The notes under the pieces were generated by a model that did not search any database, was not told the origin of the DNA, and saw only the letters and a program-made list of their open reading frames with translations. Positions 39,401 to 51,220 of a stretch of 64,000 nucleotides of DNA are shown here, piece by piece; position 1 is the stretch's first letter; every line of letters begins with the position of its first letter. The stretch is taken from the NCBI RefSeq assembly GCF_018977255.1, contig NW_024704743.1, forward strand, positions 34,908,001-34,972,000, in the 5' to 3' direction. The stretch comes from Callorhinchus milii. Its lineage: Eukaryota. The translations under genes and the position numbers were made by a program.

Positions 39401-39690
39401 CGATGTCTCCCACCTGACCTATCATTGGCAGCCAGGCTTTCAGCCTCTCTGCCCCCACCCTTTGGAACTCCATCCCACAATCCTGTCGCCTTGCTCACTC
39501 CTTGCCTCCTTCAAGGCACGACTCAAGACCCTTCTTTTCGACTGTGCCTTCAGCCGCCTCCTACCTCTCTGCACTCCCTCACCCAAACCCTGCCCTTCCA
39601 CGCTCGGATCCTGATCCCTGACTGTTCAGCACCTTGAGACGTCCTTCCTACGTAAAAGGCGCTTTACAAATGTAATTTTGTTGTTGTAGT
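36420..39690 (+). mobile_element. Long L2 LINE remnant covering ORF2 from endonuclease start to 3' tail
   Basis: LQNVLSLSNK...IMALTET (APE N-terminus), [33 protein letters not shown], 3' tail; many stops and frameshifts. Confidence 0.9.
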
Positions 39691-39694
39691 AAAC

Positions 39695-40145
39695 GTAAGG
39701 GAATAAACCAAGTTTATGCAACCTGTCCTCATAATTTAATCCTTTAAGCTCCAGTATATTTCTGGTGAATCTGCCCTGCACCCCCTCCAGAGCCAATATA
39801 TCCTTCCTGAGGTGCAGTGCCCAAAACTGAACGCAGTACTCCAGATAGGATATGACCAAGGCTCTATACAGTTGAAGCATCATTTTTTCTCCTTTATATT
39901 CCAGCCCCCTTGAGATAAATGGCAACATCCCATTAGACTATTTGATAACTTTTTATACCTGTGAGCTTGTTCTTAGTGATTTGTGTACGCAGACACCCAA
40001 ATCCCTTTGCTCCTCCACAGTTCTTAAGTTTCTCACCATTTAGAAAATATTCTGTTTTGCTATTTTTGATCTATAGTGGATGGCCTCACATTTACCGACA
40101 TTGAATTCCATCTGCCATAGTTTTGCCCAGTCAATTAATCTATCT
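39695..40145 (-). mobile_element. CR1 LINE RT/3' fragment
   Basis: WQMEFNVGKC and LYRALV...LEYCVQFWA...KDILALEGVQGRFTR. Confidence 0.9.
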
Positions 40146-40727
40146 AATACCATGTACTTCTTGCTCCCATCTACACAAGTCATCTGCATCTTAGAGTCTA
40201 TATTTGTATCATATAGTCTATAGCTGGTATCAGGAAACCAGATATACACTCTGTTCTCTTTTTAAGTAGTGCCATGGGATCTTTAACCTGAACAGGCAAA
40301 CACGCCCTTGGTTTAATGTCTCACCTGAGGATGGCATCTCTGACAATGCACCAAGCACTGCACTGAAGTGTCAACCTAGACTATGTAAGTTCCAACTCCC
40401 AAAATGGGGCTTGAACCCACAATCTTCTAACTCAGAGGTGAGAGTGCTACCAACTTAGATCAGTTGACACACCACACAACCAACAGAAAAACAGAAGTGG
40501 GAATGAAAATGGAAAGGCACTTGTCAGTATGACTGATTTACCTTATAATAACAAAATTACATTTGCTCCCTGCAAAAAACATTGAAGTGCTACACATAAT
40601 GTAGGCCATGCACCTGGTCTACAGCTGGTCCAGAATTATAGGCCAAAACCAGGTAATGGCACGAAAAGCTAATGTAAATGGTTTCAAATTAATCATTTGC
40701 AAAGATCTGAGATTTTTAAAAAACTTT

Positions 40728-41360
40728 TTAATAACTAAGGTATAGAATCAAACACACATGCTCTGGTCGCAGCAGACTGGCACTCCTTCCTCTGTTTACG
40801 TTTCTCATCTTCCTTGGCAATCCTAGTTTGTTCAAACTTGTTAACTCCCTGCCTACACATGGATCTCCACAGTTTGCGGTCTTTCGAGGTTTCTTCTCGT
40901 GTATTTGTGTCAATACCGCATTTCTTCAGGTTGGATTTCAAATAATATTTATACAGTATCTTTTTCTGGCCACCAACACTTCTTTAGCCGGAGCTCAGTT
41001 CAGAATACGGTAGTTGTTTTGGAAGTCTGGTATCATCCATTTGGCAAACCTGACCAGTCCAGCGAAGTTGGGCTTTAATAATCATAGCTTTAATACTGGT
41101 ACAGCTGGATTTTGAGAGAACAAAAGCATTGATTTTACAATCATTCCAGGGAACTTGAAGGATTTTGCATAAGGAACGTTGGTGGAAATGCTCAAAAGAC
41201 TCAAGATGCCTTCTGTAAGTAACCCAATATTCAAAGTTGTAGAGCAGAGTTACAGACTTGTGAACCATGATCTTTGTAGATACATCCAGTCCTTTTTCAT
41301 TGAAGACACAAGCTGGCCAAAAGCCGCTGAAACACTATTAACGCAATGCTGAATCTCCTT
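40728..41360 (-). mobile_element. RTE (BovB-like) LINE 3' fragment
   Basis: FHQRSLCKILQVPWND...QLRWTGQVCQMDDTRLPKQL.YSEL...GGQKKRY...KSNLKKCGID, a typical RTE ORF C-terminus. Confidence 0.85.
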
Positions 41361-42314
41361 TGAGTAAGGTTTTGTTGGTGTGCGATCCAAGCTATCCAGA
41401 CTGTTCCAGATTATTGTATGGAGTTTGTTTCTTGAACAGTTTTATCTGTAGTTTACATTTGTATAACCTTGGTTAGACCAACAATACGGTGTCCAATTCT
41501 GGTCATCATACAAGAAAGATATAGGAGCAATAAAAAGACTATATCACAGGTTTTGTAAGATGATACCAGGGCTGGCGGATTACTACTATCAGGATAAACT
41601 GTATAGGTGAGGGAACCTTTTTTGCGATTGAAGAGACATTTAAGAGGGGACCTAATAAAGGTGTTCAAAATTATAACAGGGTTTGATAAGGTTAGCATAA
41701 ATGGGCTTTTATTATTAATTAATTCTTACATTTGGTATATCACCTTTCATTTCAGGAAGACATCTCAAAGAGCTTCACAGGATATACTGTAAATCGGTGG
41801 GACTGTCGGTTTTGTGGATGAACGGGGCAGTGAATGTTTACACAGCAATGTCCCACAGTCACCGGCTGGGGAATCTGTAACCAGGGATACAAGTATAGCG
41901 ATTAGGACAGTAGTAGCCAACATTTTTGGTCGACCAACCAAATAAACGTTTCTGTTCAGGTGGACGTTAAAGGTCCCATGGCACTATTCGAAAAGAGAAG
42001 AGACTTTCTCCCAGTGTCCTGGATAACAATCCCCCAGATAAAATTGGTCATTCACCTCACGGCTGTTTGTAGGACATCGCTGTGCACAACTGGCTGCCGT
42101 GTTTCGCCCACAAAATACACAGTCAATCCCACTTTACAGTATATCCTGGGAAGCATTTTCATCATCCTTGCATTTGATATAGCATATTATCACATCATTG
42201 AGATATTTCAAATCGCTTCACAGAATACACTGTAAAGTGGATTCACTGTGTATTTTGTAGGCGAAATGGGGCAGCCAATTGCATACAGCTTTGAGACGTC
42301 TCAACGACGTGATA

Positions 42315-44810
42315 ACAACAAGAAAATTCCATTTGTATAGCACCTTTCACATTGGGAGGATGTCGCAAGGCGCTCAACAATCAGTGTTTCAGACCCGAGC
42401 TGGAGGGTCAGGATCAGGGAGGGTGGAGGGCGGGGTCTAGGAGGATGACCAAAGGCATGGTCAAAGAGGAGGGTCTTGGGACGGGTCTTGAAGGAGACAA
42501 GGGAGGGGTGAGGTGGAGGGACTGCAGTATGGAGTTCCAGAGGGAGGGGGCCAAGTGGCAGAAGGCCTGGCCGCCAATGGTAGAGCGGGTGAGCCAGGGG
42601 ACGTAAAGCAGGCCAGAGCTGGCTGAGCGGAGGGAGCGGGCGGGTTGGTAGGAGGTTAGGAGGTCACAGAGACCATTTGGGGCTTTGTAGGTGAGCACCA
42701 TGATCTTAAACTGGATCCTCTGAAGGATAGGGAGCCAATGGAGTTGGGCGAGAATGGGGGAGATGGGGTCACGGAGTTTGGTGTGGGAGAGGACACGGGC
42801 TGCAGAGTTCTGGATTATCTGCAGCTTGGAGTTGGGAAGGCCAACAAGCAGGGCCTTTGCATAGTCAAGCTGGAGGTGATGAAGGCATGTTTGAGAGTTT
42901 CAGCAGCCTGTGGTGTGAGACAGCAGAGCCGGGCGATGTTGTGGAGGTGGGGAAAGGTAAAGCAGGTCATGGCACAGATGTGGGGTACAAAGGATAGTTG
43001 AGGGTCAAACAAGACCCCAAGGTTCCAGATTGGCTTAGTAAGGTGGAGTGTGCAACCATGGATGGTGATGCTCTCAGCGCCTGAGGTGAATACGCTGACG
43101 GGAGCCAATTCAGGAGAGCCTCTGTCTTGTTGACATTCAACTGAAGAAAGTTAGCTCTCATCCAGGACTTGATGTCTGACAGACATTCTGTCAGCACAGC
43201 ATTGGTCCTGGAATCGAGGGTGGAGGCAGAGAGGTACAGTTGCATGTCACCCGCATATATGTGGAAGTTTCAGCGGCCTGAGGGGTGAGATAGTGGTGGA
43301 GTCAGGCGATGTTACGGAGGTGAGGGAAGGCAGAGTGGATCATGGTTTGGAAGTGGGGAAGAAAAGACAGTTGAGGGTTGACCAAGACACCTAGGTTCCT
43401 GACTGGCTTGGTGAGTTGAAGTGTGGAACCAGGATAGCAGTGGTCCTGGAGTTGAGGGTGGAGGCAGAAAGATAGAGTTGGGTGTCATCCGCATACATAT
43501 GGAAGTTGACCCCATGTCTGTGGATGCTGTCACCAAGGGGGAGCATATAGATATTAAAGAAGAGAGGGCCAAGGACAGAGCCCTGGGGGACGCCAGACGT
43601 GACAGCGCGGGGGCTGGAGGAGAAACCGTTAGAGGCAACAAAGTGGAGATGGTGAGAGAGATAGGAATCGAACCAGGCAAGGGCAGGTCCGCGAAGATTA
43701 AGTAAGAAGGAGAAGCGGTGTATGAGGATGGAGTGGTCGACAGTGTTGAAGGCGGCAGAGAGGTCAAGGAGGCAGAGGGAGCCGTGATCACAGATGTTCA
43801 GAATGTCATTAGTGACTTTGACCAGAGCTGTTTCCGTGAAGCTGGATTGGAGAGGTTCAAAGAGGGAATGGCGGGAGAGAAAGGAACGGAGCTGGGACGC
43901 GACGACTCATTCCAGGACCTTGGAGAGGAATGGGAGGTTAGAGATGGGACAGTAGTTTTCAACTGCAGAAAGTTAGCTCTCATCCAGGACTTGATATCTG
44001 ACAGAAATTCTGCCAGGACAGAGGTGGTCCTGGAGTTGAGAGTGGAGGCAGAGAGGAAGAGTTGGGTGTCATCCGCATATATGTGGAAATTGTCTGTGGA
44101 TGATGTCACCAAGAGGGAGTATATAGATTTTGAAAAGGAGGGGACTAAGGACAGAGCCCTGAGGAACTCCGCACAAGACGTTGTGGGGGTTTAGAGGAGA
44201 AGCCGTTTGTGGAGATGAAGTGGAGACGGTGTGAGAGGTAGAATCTGAACCATTCAAGGACAGAAGCACGAAGGTTGAGGTGAGAGGAGAAGGGGTGAAG
44301 GAGGATAGAGTGGTCAACGGTATCGAAGGCAGCAGAGCGGTCAAGGAGGATGAGGGGGCAAAGGAAGCCCTGGCCGCAGATGGTCAAAATGTCATTTGTC
44401 ACTTTGACCAAAGATGTTTCTGTGCTCCTGGCGACATGGAAACCCGACTGGAGGTGTTCGTGAAGGGAGCGGTGGGAGAGGAAGGAGTGAAGTTGGGGAA
44501 GCAACGACTCGTTCCAGGACCTTGGAAAAGAAAGGAAGGTTGGAGATGGGGCGATAGTTTGAGAGCATGGACTGGTCCAGGGAGGGGCATTTTTTAATAT
44601 GAGTGATGACGGACGTTTTTAGAGGGGTGGTATCGGTGCCAGTGGACATGGAGAGGTTTATGATGTCTGTGAGTAGGGGGTAGGAGGAGTAGTAGGAGGT
44701 GGAGTTGGGTAGGGATGGGGTCCAGGGAGCAGGTGGTCGGTTTCATGTGGGTTTATGGTGTTGATGAGAGGAGGGGGAGACAGGTTCAAAGGTTCACAGT
44801 GGGAGGGCAC
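42315..44810 (-). mobile_element. Composite of several rearranged L2 segments
   Basis: The RT region ([23 protein letters not shown]) occurs repeatedly with abrupt junctions near 43270, 43430, 43960 and 44095; one 3' tail at ~42315. Confidence 0.88.
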
Positions 44811-44815
44811 GATAT

Positions 44816-45143
44816 ATAATAATAATAATCCTCGCATTTGATATAGCGCTTTTCCCGTCGGGAGGACGTCCCAAAGCGCTTCACAGAACACACTGTAAAG
44901 TGAATTGACTGTACATTTGTGGGCGAACGCGGCAGCCAATCGCGCACAGCAATGTCCCCACAAACAGTCGTGGATTGAAAATGACCGATTCATTGTTTGG
45001 TTTGGGGTTTTGGAGGGATTACTATTAGGGCTGTGTGTGGAGTAAGGAAACTTGCCCGAGGTGTCGCCCTGACCTGCCCGGAACTGAACTCGGGTCTCTC
45101 GCTTGTCAAAGCGAGTGCTCTGACCACTGAGCTACAGGACTCC
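44816..45143 (-). mobile_element. tRNA-derived SINE (same family), GC-shifted copy beside the CpG island
   Basis: Full-length copy with many private substitutions relative to the other three. Confidence 0.92.
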
Positions 45144-45747
45144 ACACACAGAGAGTGGGCACTCTTTATCAAATGCAAAAGGATTATTATTGATGATTAA
45201 TGATTATAACTTTCTCAAGAGATGGAAACCCCAAAGTCGGGCTGACTGTTTCCCAAAGCTTTCGCATTCGCCTTCCGCGACCAGGAGGCACCGAGTGACG
45301 GATAGGAAAGTCGCTCTCTCCAGCCCGGGCAATGGCCGGCATTGCCCCCCCCCCCCCCACACACACACACACACTGCCCGGGTTTGTCCGGCGTGACACT
45401 TTGAACAGCGACCGTTACCTGTTGAAAACTTCTCGTTCAATGACCCCCTCCTCCTCAAATAACCGCCGCCGCGCGTGGCTCGAATCCCAAGTTCAAGGTG
45501 AAACCCCAACTTCTCGCAGCCCCACTTCTGGAAAGCCTTCCCCGAACCCCCCCCCCCGGGCTTTAACCCGTGTGTCCCCCCCCCACCCCACCACCCCCCA
45601 CCTCGCTCCAGCTCGCCACTCCCGCCCGCCCGCCCGCCGCAACTGTCAAGTCCGGGCGCAGGTTCAGCCGGTGAGCACTTCTTTTTTTTTGAAAAAAAAT
45701 ATGTGGCTTTGTGTATCCGCTTTTTGGGAATCGCTTCAATTTCTTTT

Positions 45748-45758
45748 GAGAGAGAGAC

Positions 45759-45794
<36 letters not shown>

Positions 45795-46540
45795 GTGCCG
45801 TGGGGTAGCGCGGAAGAAAAAGGACGACAACCTCACCTGATAGTTCTCGATCGTCCCAACTTGAATAGAGAAGCCATCAAACAGCAGCCACTCACTCACC
45901 CACTCACCCTCTCTCTCTCTCTCTCGCTGTCTCTCTGGCCTGCGCTCTCAGATCATTCCTCTGCCGCCACCGTCACACTAACTTGATCGCAACCAAAGAT
46001 CCGCCTCTCCCCCCCCCCCCCGCCTATCACTCACCCCAGCCCTGCACATGACGTAATTCTACCCTCGCGCACACCCTACCTCTTTTGAAGGAACCGACGG
46101 CGTCCTCCTGTCAATCACCGCCGCAACGTCAGAATGCGTCCCGCCCCCCCCCCCCTACTTTGCCTCGGAATTGTCAGGTTAGGTTGAGCGGCGTGAGAGG
46201 GGAGGTGTGTGTTGCCTCTCAGCTGTCACGCTCTCACGCACGCGCCTGAGCGCCCCTGGCCGGGCTCGCGCGTTTACCGTTTCATTCGAACAGCGAGCGA
46301 GAGGCGAGCTCACGAGAACCGACCGGGTCGTTTTTTTTTTAAAAAAGAGAGAGAGCGAGAGAGAGAGCGAGAGGGGAGATAGAGACAGGAGGAAAAGTAC
46401 AACTTCCGCTTGTGCCTCATGGAGCGGCGTGAGCCGTCCCGCTGCGCAGTACGGGCTGCGCACTGGCCCTCTTCACTCCCTCCTCCCGGAGTCTAACAAG
46501 AGGCCGGAGCGGAGCGCAAGAGAGAGAGAGAGAGAGAGAG
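45748..46540. repeat. (GA)n/(CT)n microsatellites and poly-C runs in the promoter island
   Basis: GA tracts at ~45748-45794, ~46345-46385 and ~46519-46540; CT tract at ~45909-45935; C runs at ~46009-46021 and ~46141-46155. Confidence 0.9.
45837..45877 (-). CDS. ECI2: ECI2 coding exon 1 (putative mitochondrial targeting peptide start)
   Basis: ATG GCT TCT CTA TTC AAG TTG GGA CGA TCG AGA ACT ATC AG|GTGAGG gives MASLFKLGRSRTI(R); the phase-2 donor matches the phase-2 acceptor of exon 2; peptide is basic, hydroxylated and lacks acidic residues; lies in the CpG island. Confidence 0.8.
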
Positions 46541-46597
46541 GGGCTGAAAAGTGACTCGTTATCACCTGATCGCGCACCGCACGGCGGCCCCGGCGTC

Positions 46598-46621
46598 ATG
46601 GCTTCGGAAGAGCTGTACGAG
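46598..46621 (+). CDS. CDYL: CDYL (chromodomain Y-like) first coding exon
   Basis: ggcgtcATGG Kozak context; ATGGCTTCGGAAGAGCTGTACGAG|GTAAAA encodes MASEELYE, the N-terminus of vertebrate CDYL (CDYL1b type); adjacency to ECI2 matches known vertebrate synteny. Exon 2 was not found in the window. Confidence 0.9.
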
Positions 46622-49600
46622 GTAAAAAAAAACCCACCCCAACATTTCAAATTAAAAGTCTGTTTTTTTTAAAAAAAAAGGAAAAAAATATCAAAACATT
46701 TTTTACCTTCTTTTTTTTAAAAAAAACAGCTCTCTCCTCTCTTTCACTCCCCCCCCCCCACCCCCCCCCCCCCCCCTTTCCTCTCCCTCCACCAACGTTT
46801 TTAAAGCCGTATGGCGATCTCGGTCAGTTTGGGTAGAAGTGGACTGGTTTGGGCTTGGGTTTGGTGGAGAGAGGGAGAAGGACCTTGGTTGGAAGAGTGG
46901 AGAAATAATCTTAAAGGAGTCTTGACTTTTAAGTCTGATGAAATGTTGCGAATGGCCTCCTCCCTCCCTCCCTCCCCCCCGTCCGCTGTCCATCCATCCA
47001 TGTGTGTGGAGTTGAGTGTGTGGCTTAGGGGCCAAGTGTGTGTGTGTGTGTGTGTGTGGGAAGGAGGTTAGTGTGTGGAGACGCTCTAACTATTTAGTGC
47101 TGGTGGTGTGCATTGAGAACTAGTGCCCTCCTCAGCTATGTCGCAATGCACTAATGAAGATTACCAACCCAAACCCTGGGGTTCACCTTTTACTTATTTT
47201 TATTGGGGGGGGGGGGAAAGCTTACGGCGACGAGGCTATTTTTATTCAGCAACATTTTTTTTATTTATTTCATGCGGGTCTTAACAGACCCCCCCCCCCT
47301 CCCCACCACCATCCTCTCACACACACACACTCAATGTTGAGTTATTGGATTGTAAAGCAGCTTCTCTCTTCATAAAATAGTTTAATATCTTTATTTGCAA
47401 TGCATCGGTGTCGTTCATGGATGATGATCTCTATTTTATGGCTTCTTGACTTCGGCAAGATTGCAACGGGCAGCTTGTAGTTTGTACAGCACATGCGAGA
47501 GCTAAATTGTTTGAAACATGTTTTTTGGGGGGTTGTTAGTTTGGGAAGGAGGTCAATTTAAGAGATGTTTCAATGTAGTCATGGTATGCAACTTTCTTTG
47601 GTAACGGCGTTGGTATTTTAGGTTAGGATCTCGAATAGTCAAGGTTTTCCAATCCATTACCAGAGACATCGACGGAGTGCCTTTTCTTTCAACTTTTATC
47701 GCAGCATTTCGGCATTTTCTTTATATAAGTGTGTAATATGCGCAAAACCAAAGCCACTCGAAGAATATTGGTGTAACCATCCTGTCAACCCCGAGGATGT
47801 CTTGAGCACCTCGAGAAGAGGACGTAGAGCGAGAGGAAAACCACGTGCCCCATCTTGAGCTTCCTGGTTGCTTCAAGGGCAGCCCTTGAATTGGAAATTG
47901 GCTTTTGGAGGGGACAGGAAAGGGAAAAAAAATAAAATAGGCCGAATAGCTAACCCAAATATGAATTGACTTGATGGGAGAATTGGAGACGATTCCTGCG
48001 TGGGAGGGAATGGGAGCTTTGTAATTCAGGTCCATCTCCACGAGAAGAATCGGGTGGATGTTTGGCGTTGAAATGTTTTCGGTGGGTGGAAACTGAAATC
48101 GGGGCGTGTTTCATTCCTGGTTCCTGGATAGCAGTGGCTAATGGAGACGGGCTGTTCGTTCAGAGGCGAAATGTTCTCCAAATGACCAAGGGTCGTTTGG
48201 AAATGTGCGCTCAGAAGAGTTCGTGGATTTACCTTTCAACCAACACGATTCGGGAACGAACCCGCGGGACTATAAGATGGATAGGTTTGCGATTTGCATG
48301 TTAGCAGCAGAGTTGTGATTCACCTGTGACAGTGGCTGTAAGAAGTGAAGCAATGACTGGATTGATGAGTAATCGGTTTGGATCATCAGTCAACCGAGAT
48401 GAACAATGCATTGGCCCTTGTTGGTTTATCTGGGCGGTCCAATGTGTAGAAACAGTGATAGTGTGGTCAGATCATTTGGATGCTTTAGATTTGCGTATTG
48501 AGATTCAGAAATCCAATTGCCAGGGCATCTGAATTTTAAATGGGCGGTTCTTTAATGACCGGGTTGAGGAACGAGATAACAATGCAATAATGGGGTGTTC
48601 AGATCTTGTTCTGGAACAGATTCTTGGGAGATGCTGAGTGTTGTTTTTAGATGAGGAATTATTGAAGATGCATTATTTTTGAACATCATTTTAGTCTTAG
48701 CAAGGTTAAGAACCCATAGTGTGGACAGCCTGAACACCTAAGATATCCAGGGGTTGTGTTGCTAATCTGGATAAACCTGAAAATATCTTTGCTTCCACAG
48801 ATGTAATGGTGATCTGTGGAATTATTTAAGGTTTCTTTTTCAGAGATCCTTTTTTGTTTTATACCATTTTTAACTCGAATTGTGTTGATTTTTATTTGGT
48901 CTTCTATTCAGTTGTATTGCCAACAAGTAAGTAACAATGGAGGAAATTAAATTCTTTGAACCTGTTGAATTTAATGTGTGGAAATGTTTGCCTTTTCTGA
49001 AATCAAGATTAGCGTTGATTTGCAGATGTTATAAACTTGGACAAAGTGTGATTTTTGTTTACTTATGGATTATCAACCTTTTGGTATATGATGGATTGCA
49101 GCGTTTTAAAAATGTGCAAATGCCTTGTAGCTGAATGGAGTAAATGGAAAGTTGTGTGTTGGCCTGAAATGTTGAGTTTTTTTCACATGTGTCATGTGGC
49201 CTTAGTAAGAGATGCACCAAAATCCATAATGCTTGATTTATGGGGACTCCAATAGAGGTCCATAAGATTTACAGTATATGACTCAGTTTCATGGGATATT
49301 CACTGTGTATGAATTCTAAGAAATGGGTGCAGTTTTCCCACAATTCTCAAAGTTTGCATTGCAATGGAAAACATTAAAATAAGTGTAAGCAACTAAGACT
49401 TACTTCCCCTGTAAAAGGGCTAAAAGGCTATTTTGAAATCCCATATTTTAATGTATTGGATCCAGCCTTGGAGGAATTTTAAAGGTGTGTTGGTTTCAGC
49501 CAATTTTCCATTATTTTCAGTGTTGCATTCGTACAAAGATTGAGGTTGAATAGATTCATGCATTACACTTGGTAATGACAGAAGTATTTTGAGGTCTTTC

Positions 49601-51220
49601 CAAATTGTATGAGAGCCTCGCTTCTGTAATACAACAGAATTGGGGGTGAATTGCAAATTAACTGCTGGTTGACCTATTATGTGGGAAACATTTTCATGTC
49701 AATGTGGAGTATATTTGGTCCTTAAGATTCAACACAATAATAATAATTCTTGTATTTGATTGCAGTATTATATAATCCTTGCAGTAATATAATCTGCTAA
49801 TATTTTAGTTGGAATTCTTCATTGAAATTATTCTACTAATGTACTTTCAACACTGAAGTCCAGTAACTTTCGTATCTCTTGAGCGTAAGCAATTTTCTTG
49901 GTATCGTTGTATTTGACATGCCCAAAGCTCGTGTCCAAATCCCTGACTGCCCAGCGCCTTGGTACGTTCTAACGATGTGAAAAGCACTATAGAAATGTAA
50001 TTTTGTATTGTATTTCAATGATACAGTAAGGGAAATCTAAATTGTTGAACCTTTTTGTCATGTATAAACTAGTTCTTAGTGTGGCTTTGAAGCATCAGTT
50101 GTGATAACATCAAGGCACTAATTCAGAGCTCAAGTTTTACCCCCCAAATATTACAATATTGCAGATTAAGTTGATGAGGATATTTTTGTTAGAGATTCCA
50201 CACATTGGAATAAACTTGGAGTCGTGCTGTATCAGTTCTATTCCAATGCTCATTTTAAAAAAATGTGTTCCCATGTCATTGGGCCATCTCTCAGTTCAGT
50301 TATACAAAATTATTTTGAGATATAGCTTCACTGTGACATTGCATTTTAGGTTAGTAGGTGTTGGGGAAGATATGTAACATCTAGATTAACCTGGCCGTGA
50401 TGGCAGCAATAATCAGTATCCATGCACTCATTCTCGAAGAGTATTGTACATCTCCACGTGTTGACCAGTATTGTGCTGTCCACATCTTAAGATTAAGTAA
50501 TCCAATTTACAGTTGGGGGAAGGAGAAAACTCTGATCTGCTTTCCAATCACATATAACAACTTGCATTTATATAGCACCCTCCACGCAGGGTAGCGTCTC
50601 AGCGCGCTTAACAGTGGCATAGCCTGACTCCGAGCCAGGGGGTTGGAGGTTGCCGTAAGCATGGTCGAAGAGGAAGGTTATCAGGCAGGAGAGAGGGGGC
50701 AAGGCGAAGGGATTGAGGGAGAGTGTTCAAGAGTTTTGGGACATAGTGGCTGAAAGCAAGACCTCCAATGGTGGGGCGGAGGGTGTGAGGGAATAGCAGG
50801 AGGCCAGTGCCAGACAAGCGGAGGCGCCGGGTGGTGGATTAGGGAGTGAGGAGGTTGGGGAGTGAGGAGGTTGGAGAGATAGGGAGGTACCAAAAGTGAA
50901 GGGATTTGAACACCAGTGTGAAGATCTGTGTGGGGATATGTCACAAGTATGACATACGGTCAATACAACGCTCTTGTTTCAACATAACAAATTGTTTAAA
51001 ATTCATGAAGATGATCTGTATATGGAATCAAAGACTTTGCAGTTTCCAGGTCACTAGGCAGGATATTTAGTTCAATGTGCTTATCAAACAACTGCATCAA
51101 TAGTTTATTGTATTTGGTCTGCAACTGATCTTCCAGAATTGAAAGCTCACATAGCCTTTGGTGTGATTTGTCCTAATGAGTTCAGAGTTGTCACAAGTGT
51201 GTGTATTTTTGTTTGGGCTT

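Larger units (their letters stand above)
45230..46620. promoter_or_regulatory. CpG island / bidirectional promoter of ECI2 and CDYL
   Basis: Sharp rise in CpG and GC against a CpG-poor background; TGACGTAA (46049-46056, CRE/ATF-like), CTGTCAATCA (46108-46117, reverse complement TGATTGACAG, PBX-PREP/MEIS decamer), ACGTCA (46126), GC box CCCGCCCC (46140), ETS ACTTCCG (46402). Confidence 0.85.

Noticed and set aside
45419..45480. CAG|GTAACG donor as the ECI2 first coding exon
   Set aside because: In the phase needed to join exon 2 there is an upstream in-frame stop and no ATG; it could only be non-coding.
45204..45899. 231-aa minus-strand ORF and other ORFs over the CpG island
   Set aside because: Low-complexity, microsatellite-derived reading frames with non-ATG starts; the real exon uses a different frame.
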